Shown here: positions 1 through 11,000 of the stretch, piece by piece
Numbering within the stretch: position 1 is the first letter of the stretch
Layout: each line of letters opens with the position of its first letter
NCBI GenBank assembly: GCA_038321865.1
Contig: JBBQFH010000032.1
Coordinates: forward strand, 1 to 36,567
Reading direction: 5' to 3'
Length of the DNA: 36,567 bases
Origin: Gemmatimonadales bacterium
Lineage (GTDB): Bacteria > Gemmatimonadota > Gemmatimonadetes > Gemmatimonadales > GWC2-71-9
Made by a program: the position numbers and the translations under genes
Notes under the pieces: model-generated
Seen by the model: only the letters and a program-made list of their open reading frames with translations
What the model was told of the DNA's origin: nothing
Databases searched by the model: none

Positions 1-679
1 CGACGTAGGCCGCGCCCCGGGGACCCAGCGTCACGACCATCAGGCGAACCCCCGCGCCGAGCGCATCGGCGGCCAGGGCGAGCGGATCGTCGGAGAGCTG
101 GCGCATCTCGTCCTCGTTGAGTTGCACGACATCGAAGCAGCCGAACCACGATGGTGCGCTTGGCAGCGGACGCAATACCCGAACACCGTCGTGCTGGACC
201 CCGAGGAAAAGGCTGTGGAGATCGGCGTACAGCGGCCCGTGGAACCCCCGGCGGAGTGCCTCCGCCGTGCCGAGACACATCTCGTACCCTGAGATGAAGT
301 TCACGTACACGGCGTCCAGGTCCCGCACCATGGGGCCGAGCTCGGCCCAGTTCCAGCCGGGGACCCCACCCGCCATCCGCTCGCAGCGCCGCTCGGTCGA
401 TTCGTAATGCAGGACGACGCGGTTGTTGGGAACCGCCACCTCCACGCACCGTGCCCCCGGGCTCAACCGGGCGAGCGTCCCAAGAAACTCGGCCGCGCGG
501 GCACTCATGTCGCGTCCGACCTTGATGAGCGGCACGATTTCCCAGTCTTCGGGCAGTGCGGCGTCCATGCCGGCGAGGGCATAGGCGATGCCGCCCCACT
601 CCTCGACCGGGGCAACCTGCGGGTCGCGTCCGTGGATCACATCCCAGACCAGCGATCCCACGACGCCGATTCTAGGCAT
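1..679 (-). CDS. PfkB/ribokinase-family carbohydrate kinase (partial, runs off left edge)
   Basis: Not in ORF track. Read manually from ATG at 679: MPRIGVVGSLVWDVIHGRD...EEWGGIAYAL...IKVGRD, later FDVVQLNEDE and LMVVTLGPRGAAYV, which are PfkB-like motifs. Start overlaps the ROK stop by 8 nt. Confidence 0.8.
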   Translation of the reverse strand, partial: MPRIGVVGSLVWDVIHGRDPQVAPVEEWGGIAYALAGMDAALPEDWEIVPLIKVGRDMSARAAEFLGTLARLSPGARCVEVAVPNNRVVLHYESTERRCERMAGGVPGWNWAELGPMVRDLDAVYVNFISGYEMCLGTAEALRRGFHGPLYADLHSLFLGVQHDGVRVLRPLPSAPSWFGCFDVVQLNEDEMRQLSDDPLALAADALGAGVRLMVVTLGPRGAAYV

Positions 680-1646
680 CGCCCCGTCCCGAGTCGAGGA
701 ACGCGCGGGCGGCACCATGCACGCCTGGCGCCTCGAGCTGGCCCGGCAGGATGCGACACGCCGCCACGGCCGGCCTGAAGGCGCGGCGCGCGACCTCGCG
801 GCGGAGCGGCTGAAACAGCAGATCGCCCGCGCGGGTGACACCGCCGCACACGACGACGACATCCGGATTGAAGATGTTCACGAGGTTGGCCAGCCCCGAC
901 CCGAGAAACCGCGCGGTGTCGCCGACGACCTCCCGCGCGAGCTCGTCGCCGGCGTGCGCCGCGTCGTAGACCGTTTGCGCGGTGATGTCCGTCAGGCGCC
1001 CGTTCACCGACTGCCGCAGGCCCGATTCGGCGCCGGCTTCGATCGCCTCGATCGCCCGCCGCGCGATCGCCGGTCCCGACGCGTAGGCCTCGAGGCAGCC
1101 GTAACTGCCGCACTTGCAGCGGCGGCCGTTGGAATCGATGGAGGCGTGCCCGATCTCGCCGGCACAGCCCGAGGCACCGTGGTACAGCCGGCCATCCAGA
1201 ATGAGCCCGCCGCCGATGCCGGTGCCGATGGTGATGCCGATCGCGTGACGGCTGCCGCGGGCGGCGCCGGTCCACCACTCGCCCAGCACGGCGCAGTTGG
1301 CGTCGTTGTCGAGCGATGCCCGGAGCCCCGTGCCCGCCTCGATCCTGTCGCGCAGCGGAAAATCCACCCATCCCAGGTTCGGCGTCAGCAGGACGATGCC
1401 GTGCTCCACGTCGAGCGGTCCCGGTGCCCCGATGCCGACGCCGAGGCAGATCGCGCCCGGCTCCGCCTCACCGGTGAGGCGGATGACCTCGTGCGCCACC
1501 GCAACGATCCGGCCGACCACATCGTCAGCGCCGCCCTCCGCCAGCGTCGGCTCGTTCCGCAGCACGATGAGCCGGCTCCCGTCCTCGACCACGCTCCCGA
1601 CCGAGAAGCTGGTGCCGCCGATGTCGATCCCCAGCACGTAGCGCAT
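672..1646 (-). CDS. ROK-family sugar kinase (glucokinase-like)
   Basis: GIDIGGT, DNDANCA, GTGIGGG, GEIGH and CKCGSYGCLE Zn motif; no HTH, so kinase rather than repressor. TGATG coupling with lepA. Confidence 0.93.
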   Translation of the reverse strand: MRYVLGIDIGGTSFSVGSVVEDGSRLIVLRNEPTLAEGGADDVVGRIVAVAHEVIRLTGEAEPGAICLGVGIGAPGPLDVEHGIVLLTPNLGWVDFPLRDRIEAGTGLRASLDNDANCAVLGEWWTGAARGSRHAIGITIGTGIGGGLILDGRLYHGASGCAGEIGHASIDSNGRRCKCGSYGCLEAYASGPAIARRAIEAIEAGAESGLRQSVNGRLTDITAQTVYDAAHAGDELAREVVGDTARFLGSGLANLVNIFNPDVVVVCGGVTRAGDLLFQPLRREVARRAFRPAVAACRILPGQLEAPGVHGAARAFLDSGRGDA

Positions 1647-3448
1647 CAGTCATCGACCTGAAGGACCGCGAGGAAGGCCTCCTGCGGAATTTCCACCGCG
1701 CCGATCTGCTTCATGCGCTTCTTCCCTTCCTTCTGCTTCTCCAGCAGCTTCCGCTTGCGCGTGATGTCGCCGCCATAGCACTTGGCGAGCACGTCCTTGC
1801 GGAAGGCGCTGATCGACTCGCGCGCGATGATCTTCTGGCCGACAGCCGCCTGGATCGCCACCGCGTACAGCTGCCGGGGGATCAGCTCCTTCAGCTTCTC
1901 GGCCACCTTCCGGCCCCATTCATAGGCCTTGTCGCGGTGGATGATGACACTGAACGCATCCACCTGATCGCCGTTGATCAGCATGTCGAGCTTCACCAGG
2001 TCGCCTTCGCGGAACCCGACGATCTCATAGTCGAGCGAGGCGTACCCGCGGCTGATGGACTTGAGGCGGTCGTAGAAGTCGAGGACGATCTCGCCGAGGG
2101 GAAACTCGAAGTCGAACTCGACGCGCGCCGGGTCGATGTAATGCATGCCGTTGTAGACCCCGCGCCGTTCCTGCCCCAGCTTCATGATGCCGCCGATATA
2201 CTCCGACGGCGCCATGATCCGGGCCTTCACGAACGGCTCCTCGATCCGGAGGATCTCGGCCGGGTCGGGCAGGGCCGTCGGATTCTCCAGCAGCAGCATC
2301 GTCCCGTCGGTCCGGTAGACATGGTACTCGACGGTCGGCACGGTCGTGATCAGGTCGAGATTGAATTCGCGCTCGAGCCGCTCCTGCACGATCTCGAGAT
2401 GCAGCAGCCCGAGAAAACCGCAGCGAAAACCGAATCCGAGCGCGGTCGAGGCCTCCGGCTCGTAGGCGAGACTCGCATCGTTGAGGCGAAGCTTCTCCAG
2501 CGCGTCGCGCAGCCCCTCGTACTGGTCGGAGTCGGTCGGATACACCCCCGCGAAGACCATCGATTTCACGTCGCGATAGCCGGGCAGGAGCTCGGTGATG
2601 CGGTCGTCCGCGTCCATGATGGTGTCGCCGACCCGCGCGTCCCGCACTTCGCGCAGGCTGGCCACCACGTATCCCACCTCGCCCGCTTCGAGCCGGTCGG
2701 TCTTGTGCTGGCCCAGCTGCAGGTAGCCCACCTCGTCCACGTGATAGACGTCCGCGGGGTGCGCGCCGAAGGCGATCTCCATGCCGGTCTCGATCGCGCC
2801 GTCCACGACCCGCACGCTCGGAATCGCGCCCCGATAGCGGTCGTAGTACGAATCGAAGATGAGTGCGCGGAGCGGGGCATCAGGGCGGCCACGGGGCGGC
2901 GGGATCCGGCTGACGATCGCTTCGAGGAGGTCCGGGACGCCCGTCCCTTCCTTGGCGGACACCGACAGGATCTCTGCCCGGCTGGCGCCGATGAGATCCA
3001 TGATCTCCTTCGCGCGCCGCTCGGGCTCGGCGCCGGGCAGGTCGATCTTGTTGAGCACGGGGATGATGTCGAGGCCCGCATCCATGGCCAGAAACAGATT
3101 GCTGAGCGTCTGCGCCTGGATGCCCTGGGAGGCGTCGACGACGAGAATCGCGCCCTCGCATGCGGCGAGCGACCGCGACACCTCATAGGTGAAGTCCACA
3201 TGCCCGGGCGTGTCGATCAGATTGAGCTCGTAGGTCCCACCGTCGCGAGCGGCGTAGCTCATGCGGACCGCGTTCAGCTTGATCGTGATCCCGCGCTCGC
3301 GCTCCAGGTCCATCGTGTCGAGGAGCTGCTCCCGCATCTGACGCTTCTCCACGGCTCCGGTCGCCTCGATCAGGCGGTCGGCGAGCGTGGATTTCCCGTG
3401 GTCGATGTGCGCGACGATGCAGAAGTTGCGAATTCTGGACTGAGACAT
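1646..3448 (-). CDS. lepA: Elongation factor 4 (LepA)
   Basis: [33 protein letters not shown] and C-terminal [25 protein letters not shown]. Start set at ATG 3448 (600 aa). Confidence 0.98.
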   Translation of the reverse strand: MSQSRIRNFCIVAHIDHGKSTLADRLIEATGAVEKRQMREQLLDTMDLERERGITIKLNAVRMSYAARDGGTYELNLIDTPGHVDFTYEVSRSLAACEGAILVVDASQGIQAQTLSNLFLAMDAGLDIIPVLNKIDLPGAEPERRAKEIMDLIGASRAEILSVSAKEGTGVPDLLEAIVSRIPPPRGRPDAPLRALIFDSYYDRYRGAIPSVRVVDGAIETGMEIAFGAHPADVYHVDEVGYLQLGQHKTDRLEAGEVGYVVASLREVRDARVGDTIMDADDRITELLPGYRDVKSMVFAGVYPTDSDQYEGLRDALEKLRLNDASLAYEPEASTALGFGFRCGFLGLLHLEIVQERLEREFNLDLITTVPTVEYHVYRTDGTMLLLENPTALPDPAEILRIEEPFVKARIMAPSEYIGGIMKLGQERRGVYNGMHYIDPARVEFDFEFPLGEIVLDFYDRLKSISRGYASLDYEIVGFREGDLVKLDMLINGDQVDAFSVIIHRDKAYEWGRKVAEKLKELIPRQLYAVAIQAAVGQKIIARESISAFRKDVLAKCYGGDITRKRKLLEKQKEGKKRMKQIGAVEIPQEAFLAVLQVDD

Positions 3449-3454
3449 GGCGGG

Positions 3455-3460
3455 AATATA
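3455..3460 (-). promoter_or_regulatory. Putative -10 element (TATATT) 6 nt upstream of the lepA ATG, leaderless-type
   Basis: TANNNT hexamer in a GC-rich context; no SD before the ATG. Confidence 0.55.
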
Positions 3461-3521
3461 AGGGCGGAGCCCCGATCGGCGGAGCATCGAAAATTCCGGC
3501 TCGCCGCTATTGTTCCCGCCC

Positions 3522-4448
3522 ATGTCTCCGACCTCTCGCGCGGCGTCGCCGCGGTCGCTCAGCCTGGGCCTCACGCTCCAGCTGCTGTTCGTCGTGCTGA
3601 TCTGGGGGCTCAACTTCAGCGTGTCGAAATGGGCGCTGCGTGAGCTGCCGCCGCTTGGCTTCACGGCGCTGCGCTTCGCCCTGGCCTCGCTTCTCCTGCT
3701 CGCCGCGCTGGCCTGGAAGGAAGGATCGGTGCGTCCGCCGCCGGGCGGCGTGCCGCGCCTGGCCTTGCTCGGCGTGGTCGGAAACTCCGTCTACCAGGTG
3801 TGCTTTATCCTCGGGCTCTCGCTCACCACCGCGACCAACAGCTCGCTGGTGCTGGCCAGTATGCCCGCCGTCGTCGCCGGCCTGGGCGCGGTGTTCGGCA
3901 TCGAGCGGCTGTCGGCCCGTGGCGCCCAGGGCCTGGTGCTCGCGACGGTCGGGGTCGTCATGGTCGTCGCGGCCCGGGGGATCTCCTTCGGGTCGGCAAC
4001 GTTTCGGGGAGACGCGCTGACCTTCGGGGCCGTCGTGTGCTGGGCCGGATTCACCATCGGCGTGCGGCGCCTGGCGTTGCCGATGTCGGCACTGGCGATC
4101 ACCACCTGGACGATGGTCTTCGGCACGCCCGTGCTGATCGCACTCGGCCTGCCGTCACTCCTGCGGATGGACTGGGGTGCGGTCAGCGGTGTCGCCTGGG
4201 CCGGGTTGGTCTACTCGTCTGCGCTGTCGCTGGTCGTGGCCTACGTGCTGTGGAACAACAGCGTGCGCGTGGTGGGCAGCAGCCAGACCGCCGTATTTGC
4301 CTGCATCACTCCGCTCGTGGCCATGGGATCGGCCATCCTGATGCTCGGTGAGCGCCCGCTGCCGGTCCAACTGCTCGGCACCGCCGCCGTTCTAGGCGGC
4401 GTGTTGCTGGCGCAGCTCAGTCCGGCGGCGCCCCGGCCCCGGCCCTGA
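3522..4448 (+). CDS. DMT/EamA-family transporter
   Basis: About 10 hydrophobic helices in two repeats; IWGLNF, ALRF and LGER motifs. TATTGT lies 8 nt upstream of ATG 3522. Confidence 0.9.
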   Translation: MSPTSRAASPRSLSLGLTLQLLFVVLIWGLNFSVSKWALRELPPLGFTALRFALASLLLLAALAWKEGSVRPPPGGVPRLALLGVVGNSVYQVCFILGLSLTTATNSSLVLASMPAVVAGLGAVFGIERLSARGAQGLVLATVGVVMVVAARGISFGSATFRGDALTFGAVVCWAGFTIGVRRLALPMSALAITTWTMVFGTPVLIALGLPSLLRMDWGAVSGVAWAGLVYSSALSLVVAYVLWNNSVRVVGSSQTAVFACITPLVAMGSAILMLGERPLPVQLLGTAAVLGGVLLAQLSPAAPRPRP

Positions 4449-4779
4449 GCTCCTCCAGGCGCGCCATCGCCCGCCGCAGGTGTGGAATGACGATGCTGCC
4501 GCCCACCACGAGCCCGACCGAAAAGATTTCCAGAAATTCCTCGGGGGTCACGCCCTCCTCGTGGCAGCGAATGACGTGATACGTGATGCAGTCGTCGCAG
4601 CGAAGGACCATCGAGGACACGAGCCCCAGCATTTCCTTGGTCTTCGTTCCGAGGGCACCCGGTTCGTAGGCGCGGTTGTCGAGCGCGAAGAAGCGATTGA
4701 TCGTCAGGTTCCCGGCGCCCAGGATCGCGTCGTTCATCCGGGTGCGGAACAGGTTGAAATCGGCGATGGAGTCGCTCAC
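4417..4779 (-). CDS. Carboxymuconolactone decarboxylase / AhpD-like protein
   Basis: GALGTKTKEMLGLVSSMVLRCDDCITYH (CxxC..H); GTG start. Confidence 0.9.
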   Translation of the reverse strand: MSDSIADFNLFRTRMNDAILGAGNLTINRFFALDNRAYEPGALGTKTKEMLGLVSSMVLRCDDCITYHVIRCHEEGVTPEEFLEIFSVGLVVGGSIVIPHLRRAMARLEELRAGAGAPPD

Positions 4780-4836
4780 GGCGCGCGTTCTCTCCGAGGT
4801 CGGAGTTCAGGGTGAGGGGTCCGCAACTCCGAGCCG

Positions 4837-5109
4837 TCAGGGCTTTCGCCGGCGCAGCTCCGGCTCGCCCGTGCTCCGCGGTTGCGGATGGTCGGCGGGA
4901 CGGGCGCGCTGCGGCTCGGCCCGCGGCTCCTGGCGCGGATGGTTCTCCCGCGCATCCGGCCTGGGGCGATCCTTCTGGGGATCCTGTCTGGGCGGTCGAG
5001 GCTGCTGCGGCTCCTGGAGCACTATGGGGACCGCCGTGGCCGGGGCCCGGCCGGCAAATCCGGCCGACAGTGCGAGCGTGGTCAGGAGTAGCGCCGTAGG
5101 TGCGATCAT
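4837..5109 (-). CDS. Small putatively secreted Pro/Arg/Gln-rich protein (90 aa)
   Basis: GGAGG SD before ATG 5109; signal-peptide-like N-terminus (LLLTTLALSAGFA); low-complexity tail ending TGEPELRRRKP. Confidence 0.6.
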   Translation of the reverse strand: MIAPTALLLTTLALSAGFAGRAPATAVPIVLQEPQQPRPPRQDPQKDRPRPDARENHPRQEPRAEPQRARPADHPQPRSTGEPELRRRKP

Positions 5110-5292
5110 GAAACCTCCGAACTTGTCGAGACGTCGTACCGTGCGCTGCTTAGCATGCACCATGCCATGACGCGTTATTTCGCTAAGATGCCGAGCCGCA
5201 TGACCTTGAGATTGCCGGGGCAGGACCGGTTCAGGCTGTGCTGTCCCTATCGGGTCACTCGCGTGTCCGAAATCGGACTCGCCGCGCGCGCG

Positions 5293-5321
5293 TTGACTCC
5301 TCCCCTGCCTGCCGATACGTT
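5293..5321 (+). promoter_or_regulatory. Sigma70-type promoter TTGACT-N17-TACGTT for the DUF58 operon
   Basis: Near-consensus -35 and -10 with 17-nt spacer; ATG 9 nt downstream of the -10. Confidence 0.65.
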
Positions 5322-5330
5322 GCCCCCGGG

Positions 5331-6254
5331 ATGAACCGAACCGCTTCGTCAACCGGTCGCGCGCGTCTCGACCTGCTCGACCCGCTCGAAGTCTCCCGTC
5401 TCGGTGGCCTCGAAGTCGTGACCGAGGGCGTGGTCGAGGGATTTCTCACGGGCCTGCACCGCTCGCCACGCCGGGGTTTCTCCGTCGAATTCGCCGAGCA
5501 CCGGATGTACCAGCCGGGCGACGAGCTTCGGTACGTCGACTGGAAGATACTCGGGCGGAACGACCGGCTGTACGTGAAGCAGTTCGAGGAGGAAACGAAC
5601 CTCCGCGCGGTCGTCGTCTGTGACGCCTCTCGCTCGATGGCCTGGTCGGGCGATCCGGCCGCGGTCCTTCCCAAGCTCGACTACGCCTGCCGGCTGATCG
5701 CAGCACTGTCCCTCGTCCTCCTGCGCCAGCGCGACGCCACCGGCCTCATCACCTTCGACGAATCGATCCGTTCGGTCACGCCGCCCAGCGCGCGCACCGG
5801 TCACTGGCATCAGCTCCTCCGGGTGCTCGCGGAGCTCGAGCCCGGCAGCGGTACGGCGGCCGAGCCCGCGCTGCGCCGCGTGGTCGGCGCGCTCCGGCGC
5901 CGGGGACTGGTGATCTTCGTGTCCGATCTGCTGCTCGATCGGTCGCTCGCGCTGAAGGCGCTGCGCTTTCTGCGGCATCGCGGCCATCACGTGCTCGTAC
6001 TCCACGTCATGGACCCATCCGAAGCGACGCTGTCGGGCCCGGCCGAGGCGCGCTTCGAGGATCCGGAAACTCACGACGCGGTCGTGCTGCGGCCGCGCGA
6101 CTGGGCTCGTGCCTATCGCGAGACGGTCGAGGGAGTGGTAGCAGCCTGGCGTCTCGCCTGCCGCAGCAGCGACATCGGCTACCATCGTGTCCTGACCAGC
6201 GCCCCTTTCGGCTCGGTCCTGCGGCAGGCGCTGGCGCCGTCCCGTCGCGGATGA
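5331..6254 (+). CDS. DUF58 domain protein (vWA-like MoxR partner)
   Basis: GLHRSPRRGFSVEFAEHRMYQPGDELRYVDWK, YVKQFEEETN, DASRSM and VSD motifs. Confidence 0.93.
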   Translation: MNRTASSTGRARLDLLDPLEVSRLGGLEVVTEGVVEGFLTGLHRSPRRGFSVEFAEHRMYQPGDELRYVDWKILGRNDRLYVKQFEEETNLRAVVVCDASRSMAWSGDPAAVLPKLDYACRLIAALSLVLLRQRDATGLITFDESIRSVTPPSARTGHWHQLLRVLAELEPGSGTAAEPALRRVVGALRRRGLVIFVSDLLLDRSLALKALRFLRHRGHHVLVLHVMDPSEATLSGPAEARFEDPETHDAVVLRPRDWARAYRETVEGVVAAWRLACRSSDIGYHRVLTSAPFGSVLRQALAPSRRG

Positions 6255-8035
6255 TCGGCTTTCTCCATCCGGGACTGCTCGCGGGGCTCGCCGCCGCCGG
6301 GATCCCCGTCGTCCTGCATCTGGTGGCCCGGCGCGAGCCGCCCACGGTGATCTTTCCCGCCGTCCGCTACCTCGTGACGACCACCCAGGAGCACCACCGC
6401 AGGCTCAAGCTGCAGCACTGGCTGCTCCTGCTGGTCCGGACCCTGCTCATCGCCGCCGTGGTCATGGCGGCTGCCGGTCCAACCGTCCGGCTCAGTGGCG
6501 TTCCGGGACACCCGCCGACCGCACTGGTCGTCGTGGTGGACAACAGCGCGAGCAGCAGTGCGGTCACCGGGGGAACGCCACGCATCGCGCAGCTCCGGGC
6601 CGCCGCGCGCGCCGCGCTCGAGCGCGCCACCCCGGCCGACGCGCTCTGGCTCCTGACTGCCGACGGCACGCCCCGGCGAGACGACCGCGCCGCCCTGCTC
6701 GCGCTGGTCGACAGCCTCACCCCCTCCCCCCGACGCGTCGATCTTGGCCAGGCGCTCCGTCTCGCCGATGCGGTCGTGGCGCAAGACTCCCGGCCGGCCG
6801 AAGTGATGCTCCTGACCGACCTGCAGGCCAGCGCAGTCGCGCCCGCCGCTCCGGCCGCGTCGCTCCTCGTGGGCCGGCCCGCCGACGAAGGCCCTCAAAA
6901 CCTTGGGATCGCGTCCCTCGTCACCGGCCCGCAGCCCTGGGCGCTCGATGGGGGTCGGGTGGCGGTGGCACTGGCCGGCGATTCCGGACGGTCCGTGTCC
7001 GTGGCCGTGCGGCTGGGTGATCGGCCGGGCCGGCAGGCGCTCGGTGCGGCCGGCGGTGCCGTGACGGTTTCGCTTCCGGGTGCGCCGCCGGGCTGGTGGC
7101 TGGTGACCGCCGAGCTCGATGCGGATGAAATGCGGCTGGACGACCGCCGATCCGCATACGTGCGGATCGCGCCGGTCGCCCGGGTGAGCTGGAACGCCGG
7201 CGACCGGTTTCTCGGCTCCGCCGCGGAGGTGCTCGCGGCCAACGGACGAATCGCTCGCGGCGGCGACGTCTCCCTGGGTTCGCTGGGCCCGGGCGTCTCG
7301 ATCATTGTGCCGCCCTCCGACCCCTCGGCGCTCGGCGCGCTCAATCGTGCGCTGGCGCGGCGCGGTGTCACCTGGCGGTTCGGGGCGCTGAGCGCCACCA
7401 CCACGAACACCGACAGCGGCACGACGCTCGGCCGTCACACGGTGAGCCGCCGATACGCGCTGGAGAGCACCGGCAGCGGACGCACCGGCGTGCTCGCGAC
7501 CGCCGGGGGCACACCGTGGGCCGTCCGCAGTGCGGGGGTGGTCCTGCTGGGAAGCCGCCTCGAGCCGGAGTGGACCGATCTGCCGGTGTCGGCCGAATTC
7601 GTCCCGTTCGTTGATCGCCTGGTCAACCGGATCGCGCGGGGTGAGCTGGCCATGGTCACCGGCATCGCGGGAGATCCGGTCACTCTCCCCGACCTTGTGA
7701 CCGAGGTCCGTCTGGGGGCCCGCAGCTGGAGGGTGGAAGGCGGTGATTATTTCCGGCCCGCCGAGCCCGGCGCCCATCTCCTGCTGGCCGGGGCCGACAC
7801 GGTGGGGGCGCTGAACGTCGGAATCGACCCGAGGGAGTTCCAGCTGCGACGGATGCCGGATGCCCAGGTCCGGGAGCTCTGGAAGGGCGTCCGGATCGTG
7901 CCGCTGGCCAAGGCGGGCGGCGCGGCCTTTTCGTCGCTGGCACTGGCCGATTTCAGAGGTCCGCTGCTCTGGGCCGCGCTGGTGTTGGCACTGGGCGAGT
8001 TGCTCCTGGCGAGCGCGTGGCGGAGACGGGGATGA
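6251..8035 (+). CDS. BatA-domain / vWA-like membrane protein
   Basis: N-terminal FLHPGLLAGLAAAGIPVVLHL...FPAVRYL BatA motif, VVVDNSASS, C-terminal TM helix. ATGA overlap with DUF58. Confidence 0.85.
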   Translation: MIGFLHPGLLAGLAAAGIPVVLHLVARREPPTVIFPAVRYLVTTTQEHHRRLKLQHWLLLLVRTLLIAAVVMAAAGPTVRLSGVPGHPPTALVVVVDNSASSSAVTGGTPRIAQLRAAARAALERATPADALWLLTADGTPRRDDRAALLALVDSLTPSPRRVDLGQALRLADAVVAQDSRPAEVMLLTDLQASAVAPAAPAASLLVGRPADEGPQNLGIASLVTGPQPWALDGGRVAVALAGDSGRSVSVAVRLGDRPGRQALGAAGGAVTVSLPGAPPGWWLVTAELDADEMRLDDRRSAYVRIAPVARVSWNAGDRFLGSAAEVLAANGRIARGGDVSLGSLGPGVSIIVPPSDPSALGALNRALARRGVTWRFGALSATTTNTDSGTTLGRHTVSRRYALESTGSGRTGVLATAGGTPWAVRSAGVVLLGSRLEPEWTDLPVSAEFVPFVDRLVNRIARGELAMVTGIAGDPVTLPDLVTEVRLGARSWRVEGGDYFRPAEPGAHLLLAGADTVGALNVGIDPREFQLRRMPDAQVRELWKGVRIVPLAKAGGAAFSSLALADFRGPLLWAALVLALGELLLASAWRRRG

Positions 8036-11000
8036 GCCTCCGCCTCGTGATCGACGCCTTTGAGCGGTCGGCTGCCGCGTCGGAGCTCCTGTCGCGTTTG
8101 CCCGCGCGCGGGGCGGCGCTCCGCCTCGGCGGGCTTCCGGGCTCGAGCGGCGGCGTGCTGGCCGCCTGGCTCGCACGCGTCGAGGCCCAACGGCTGCTGG
8201 TAATTGTCGCGCCCGCTCCCGGCGACGCGGAGCGCTGGTTGACCGACCTCGGGCACCTGACCGACGCCGCGGTCGCCCTCTACCCCCAGCGCGAGGCGCT
8301 CGGCGAGGATGAGCCGCACTACGAGATCGCCGGCGAGCGCGCCGAGACGATCGAGTCGGTGCTGGGCGGCCGGCTCCGAATCCTGGTGACGACCGCCCGT
8401 GCGACGGCGGAGAAAACGCTGGTGCCCGCGGCGCTCGAGGCCATGCGCATGCGGCTCGCCGTCGGTGAGCGGCGACCGCCCGCCATGGTGGCCGCCGAGC
8501 TCGAGACGATGGGATACCACCGGGTGCCGACCGTGACGGAGGTGGCCGAATACAGCGTGCGGGGCGGGATTCTCGACATATACGGGTTCGGCATGGCGGG
8601 CCCGGCCCGGCTCGAGTGGTGGGCGGACGACATCTCGTCGATCCGCGGCTTCGATCTCACGACGCAGCGGTCCACCGACGAGATCATGGGCATTACGGTG
8701 CTCCCGATCGACACCCGGTCGCTCCGGAGCGATACCGGCGGGGCCGAGCCGGCCCGCCGGACGCTCCTCGAGCTGCTGCCGCCGGACGCGCTCCTCATCG
8801 AGGAGGCGACCGGCCCGGATGCGGACGAGGTCGCGCGCGCGTGGAACGAGGCCGAGCATCATCTCGACATCGCGAGACGGCTGGGCGAGGCGGTGCCGAG
8901 TCGCGACGAGATTTTCGAGGAGCCCGCCAGGTGGCGAAGTCGGATCGCGGCCTTTCCGCGCCTGGTGCTGCGTGACGAGGCCGCCGACCTCCAGATGGGC
9001 TTCTTCCCGCCCGAGAAGGTCGATCGCGACCTGAACCGTCTGCGCGCGGTGATCGCGGGCTCGCCGGCCACGCTGATTCTGTGCGACAACGAAGGCCAGC
9101 TTGAGCGGATGGAAGAGCTGCTCGAGGACGGCGGCCGGCGGGCCTCGAGTGCGACTCTCGCGGTCGGCGCGCTGGAGGGCGGGTTCGTCATGCCGTCGCT
9201 CCGGGTACTCACCGATCACGAAATCTTCCGGCGGGCGCGGCGGCTCCGCCGCCCGCGCCGTTACCGGCAGGCCGCGCCGTCGTCCGCGACCGGTGCCCTC
9301 ACCGTGGGCGACTACGTCGTGCATCTCGATCACGGGATCGGGATCTATCGCGGCATCGACACGGTGCGGGTCGCCGAAAGCACCATCGAGGTGGCGGTCG
9401 TCGAATACGAGGGCGGAGATCGGCTCAACGTGCCGCTGTACCGGCTCGATCAGCTGGAGCGCTACCGCGCGGCCGGTGACGACGGCGACCACCCGCCGCC
9501 CAAGCTGCACCGCCTGGGCGGCTCGTCCTGGCAAAAGGTGCGGGACCGGACGCGCAAGGCGATCAAGCAGATGGCGGCGGAGCTGCTCGACCTCTACGCC
9601 CGGCGGAGCGTGACGGGCGGGTACGCCTTCCCCCCGGATTCCAAGTGGCAGCGCGAGCTGGAGTCCGCCTTCCTCTATGAGGACACCCCCGATCAGCGCA
9701 AGGCGACCGACGACATCAAGCGCGACATGGAGCAGCCGCGTCCGATGGACCGCCTGCTCGTCGGCGATGTGGGCTACGGCAAGACCGAAGTGGCGGTTCG
9801 AGCCGCCTTCAAGGCGGTGCAGGGTGGCAAGCAGGTGGCGGTCCTCGTGCCGACGACGATCCTTGCCGAACAGCACGGCCGCACCTTTGCCGAGCGCCTG
9901 GCCGATTATCCGGTGAAGATCGAGGTGCTCTCGCGGTTCCGCACCGCGAAGGAACAGAAACAGGCGCTGGAGCGAATGGCCGACGGACAGACCGACGTCG
10001 TGATCGGCACCCACCGGCTGCTGTCCAAGGACGTGATCTTCAGGGATCTCGGCCTCCTGATCGTGGACGAGGAGCACCGCTTCGGCGTGAAGCACAAGGA
10101 GCGGCTCAAGGAGATCCGGCTGCAGGTGGACGTGCTGACGCTCACCGCGACGCCGATTCCGCGGACGCTGCACCTGTCGCTCGCCGGCCTGCGCGACCTC
10201 ACGCTGATCGAGACGCCGCCGCGCGACCGCTCGCCGGTGCTGACCTTCGTCGAGCCGTGGGACGACGGCCTGCTCGAGGAGGCCTTTGCCCGCGAGCTCG
10301 ATCGCGGCGGCCAGGTCTTCATGGTGCACAACCGGATCGAGACGATCGAAACGATCGCGGCGCGGGTCCGGTCGCTGGCGCCGCGAGCCCGCGTGGCGGT
10401 GGCCCACGGCCAGATGCCGGCCGAGCAGCTGGAGCAGGTGATGCGCGGGTTCGTGGCGGGCGAGGTGGACCTGCTCGTCACCACGATGATCGTGGAGTCC
10501 GGCCTCGACGTCCCCAACGCGAATACCATGGTCGTCCACGATGCGCACCGGTTGGGCCTGGCGCAGCTCTACCAGCTGCGCGGCCGGGTCGGTCGCAGCC
10601 ACCGCCGGGCCTACTGTTATCTCCTGGCGCCGGACGCGATCGACGCGGAAGCCGAGGAGCGGCTCAAGGTGCTCGAGCACCACACTGACCTCGGCGCCGG
10701 ATACCGGATCGCGCTCAAGGACCTGGAGCTGCGCGGCGCCGGCAACCTGCTCGGGTCGGAGCAGTCGGGCCACGCGCACGCGGTCGGGTTCGATCTCTAT
10801 CTGCGCTGGCTGGAGGAAACGGTGAAGGCGCTGCGGGGGCAGGGCGGCCGGGAGCAGCCGCTGCCGCCCGACGTGGTGCTCGATCATCCGTCGCACCTTC
10901 CGGATGCGTATGTGGCGGACGACGACGTGAAGCTCGACCTGTACCGCCGACTGGCGCGGGCGGTGTCGTCTGGCGACATTGATCAGTTGCGCGAGGAAAT

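Noticed and set aside
1937..3643. 568-aa plus-strand ORF, and similar long shadows at 6179-8176, 14955-16253 and 24001-25335
   Set aside because: Antisense to well-supported genes (lepA, BatA, corC, kinase); composition is typical of shadow frames.
3449..3664. N-terminal extensions of LepA (and of TypA at 17463-17549)
   Set aside because: Family homology begins at ATG 3448 and ATG 17550; the extensions overlap promoters or the neighbouring gene.
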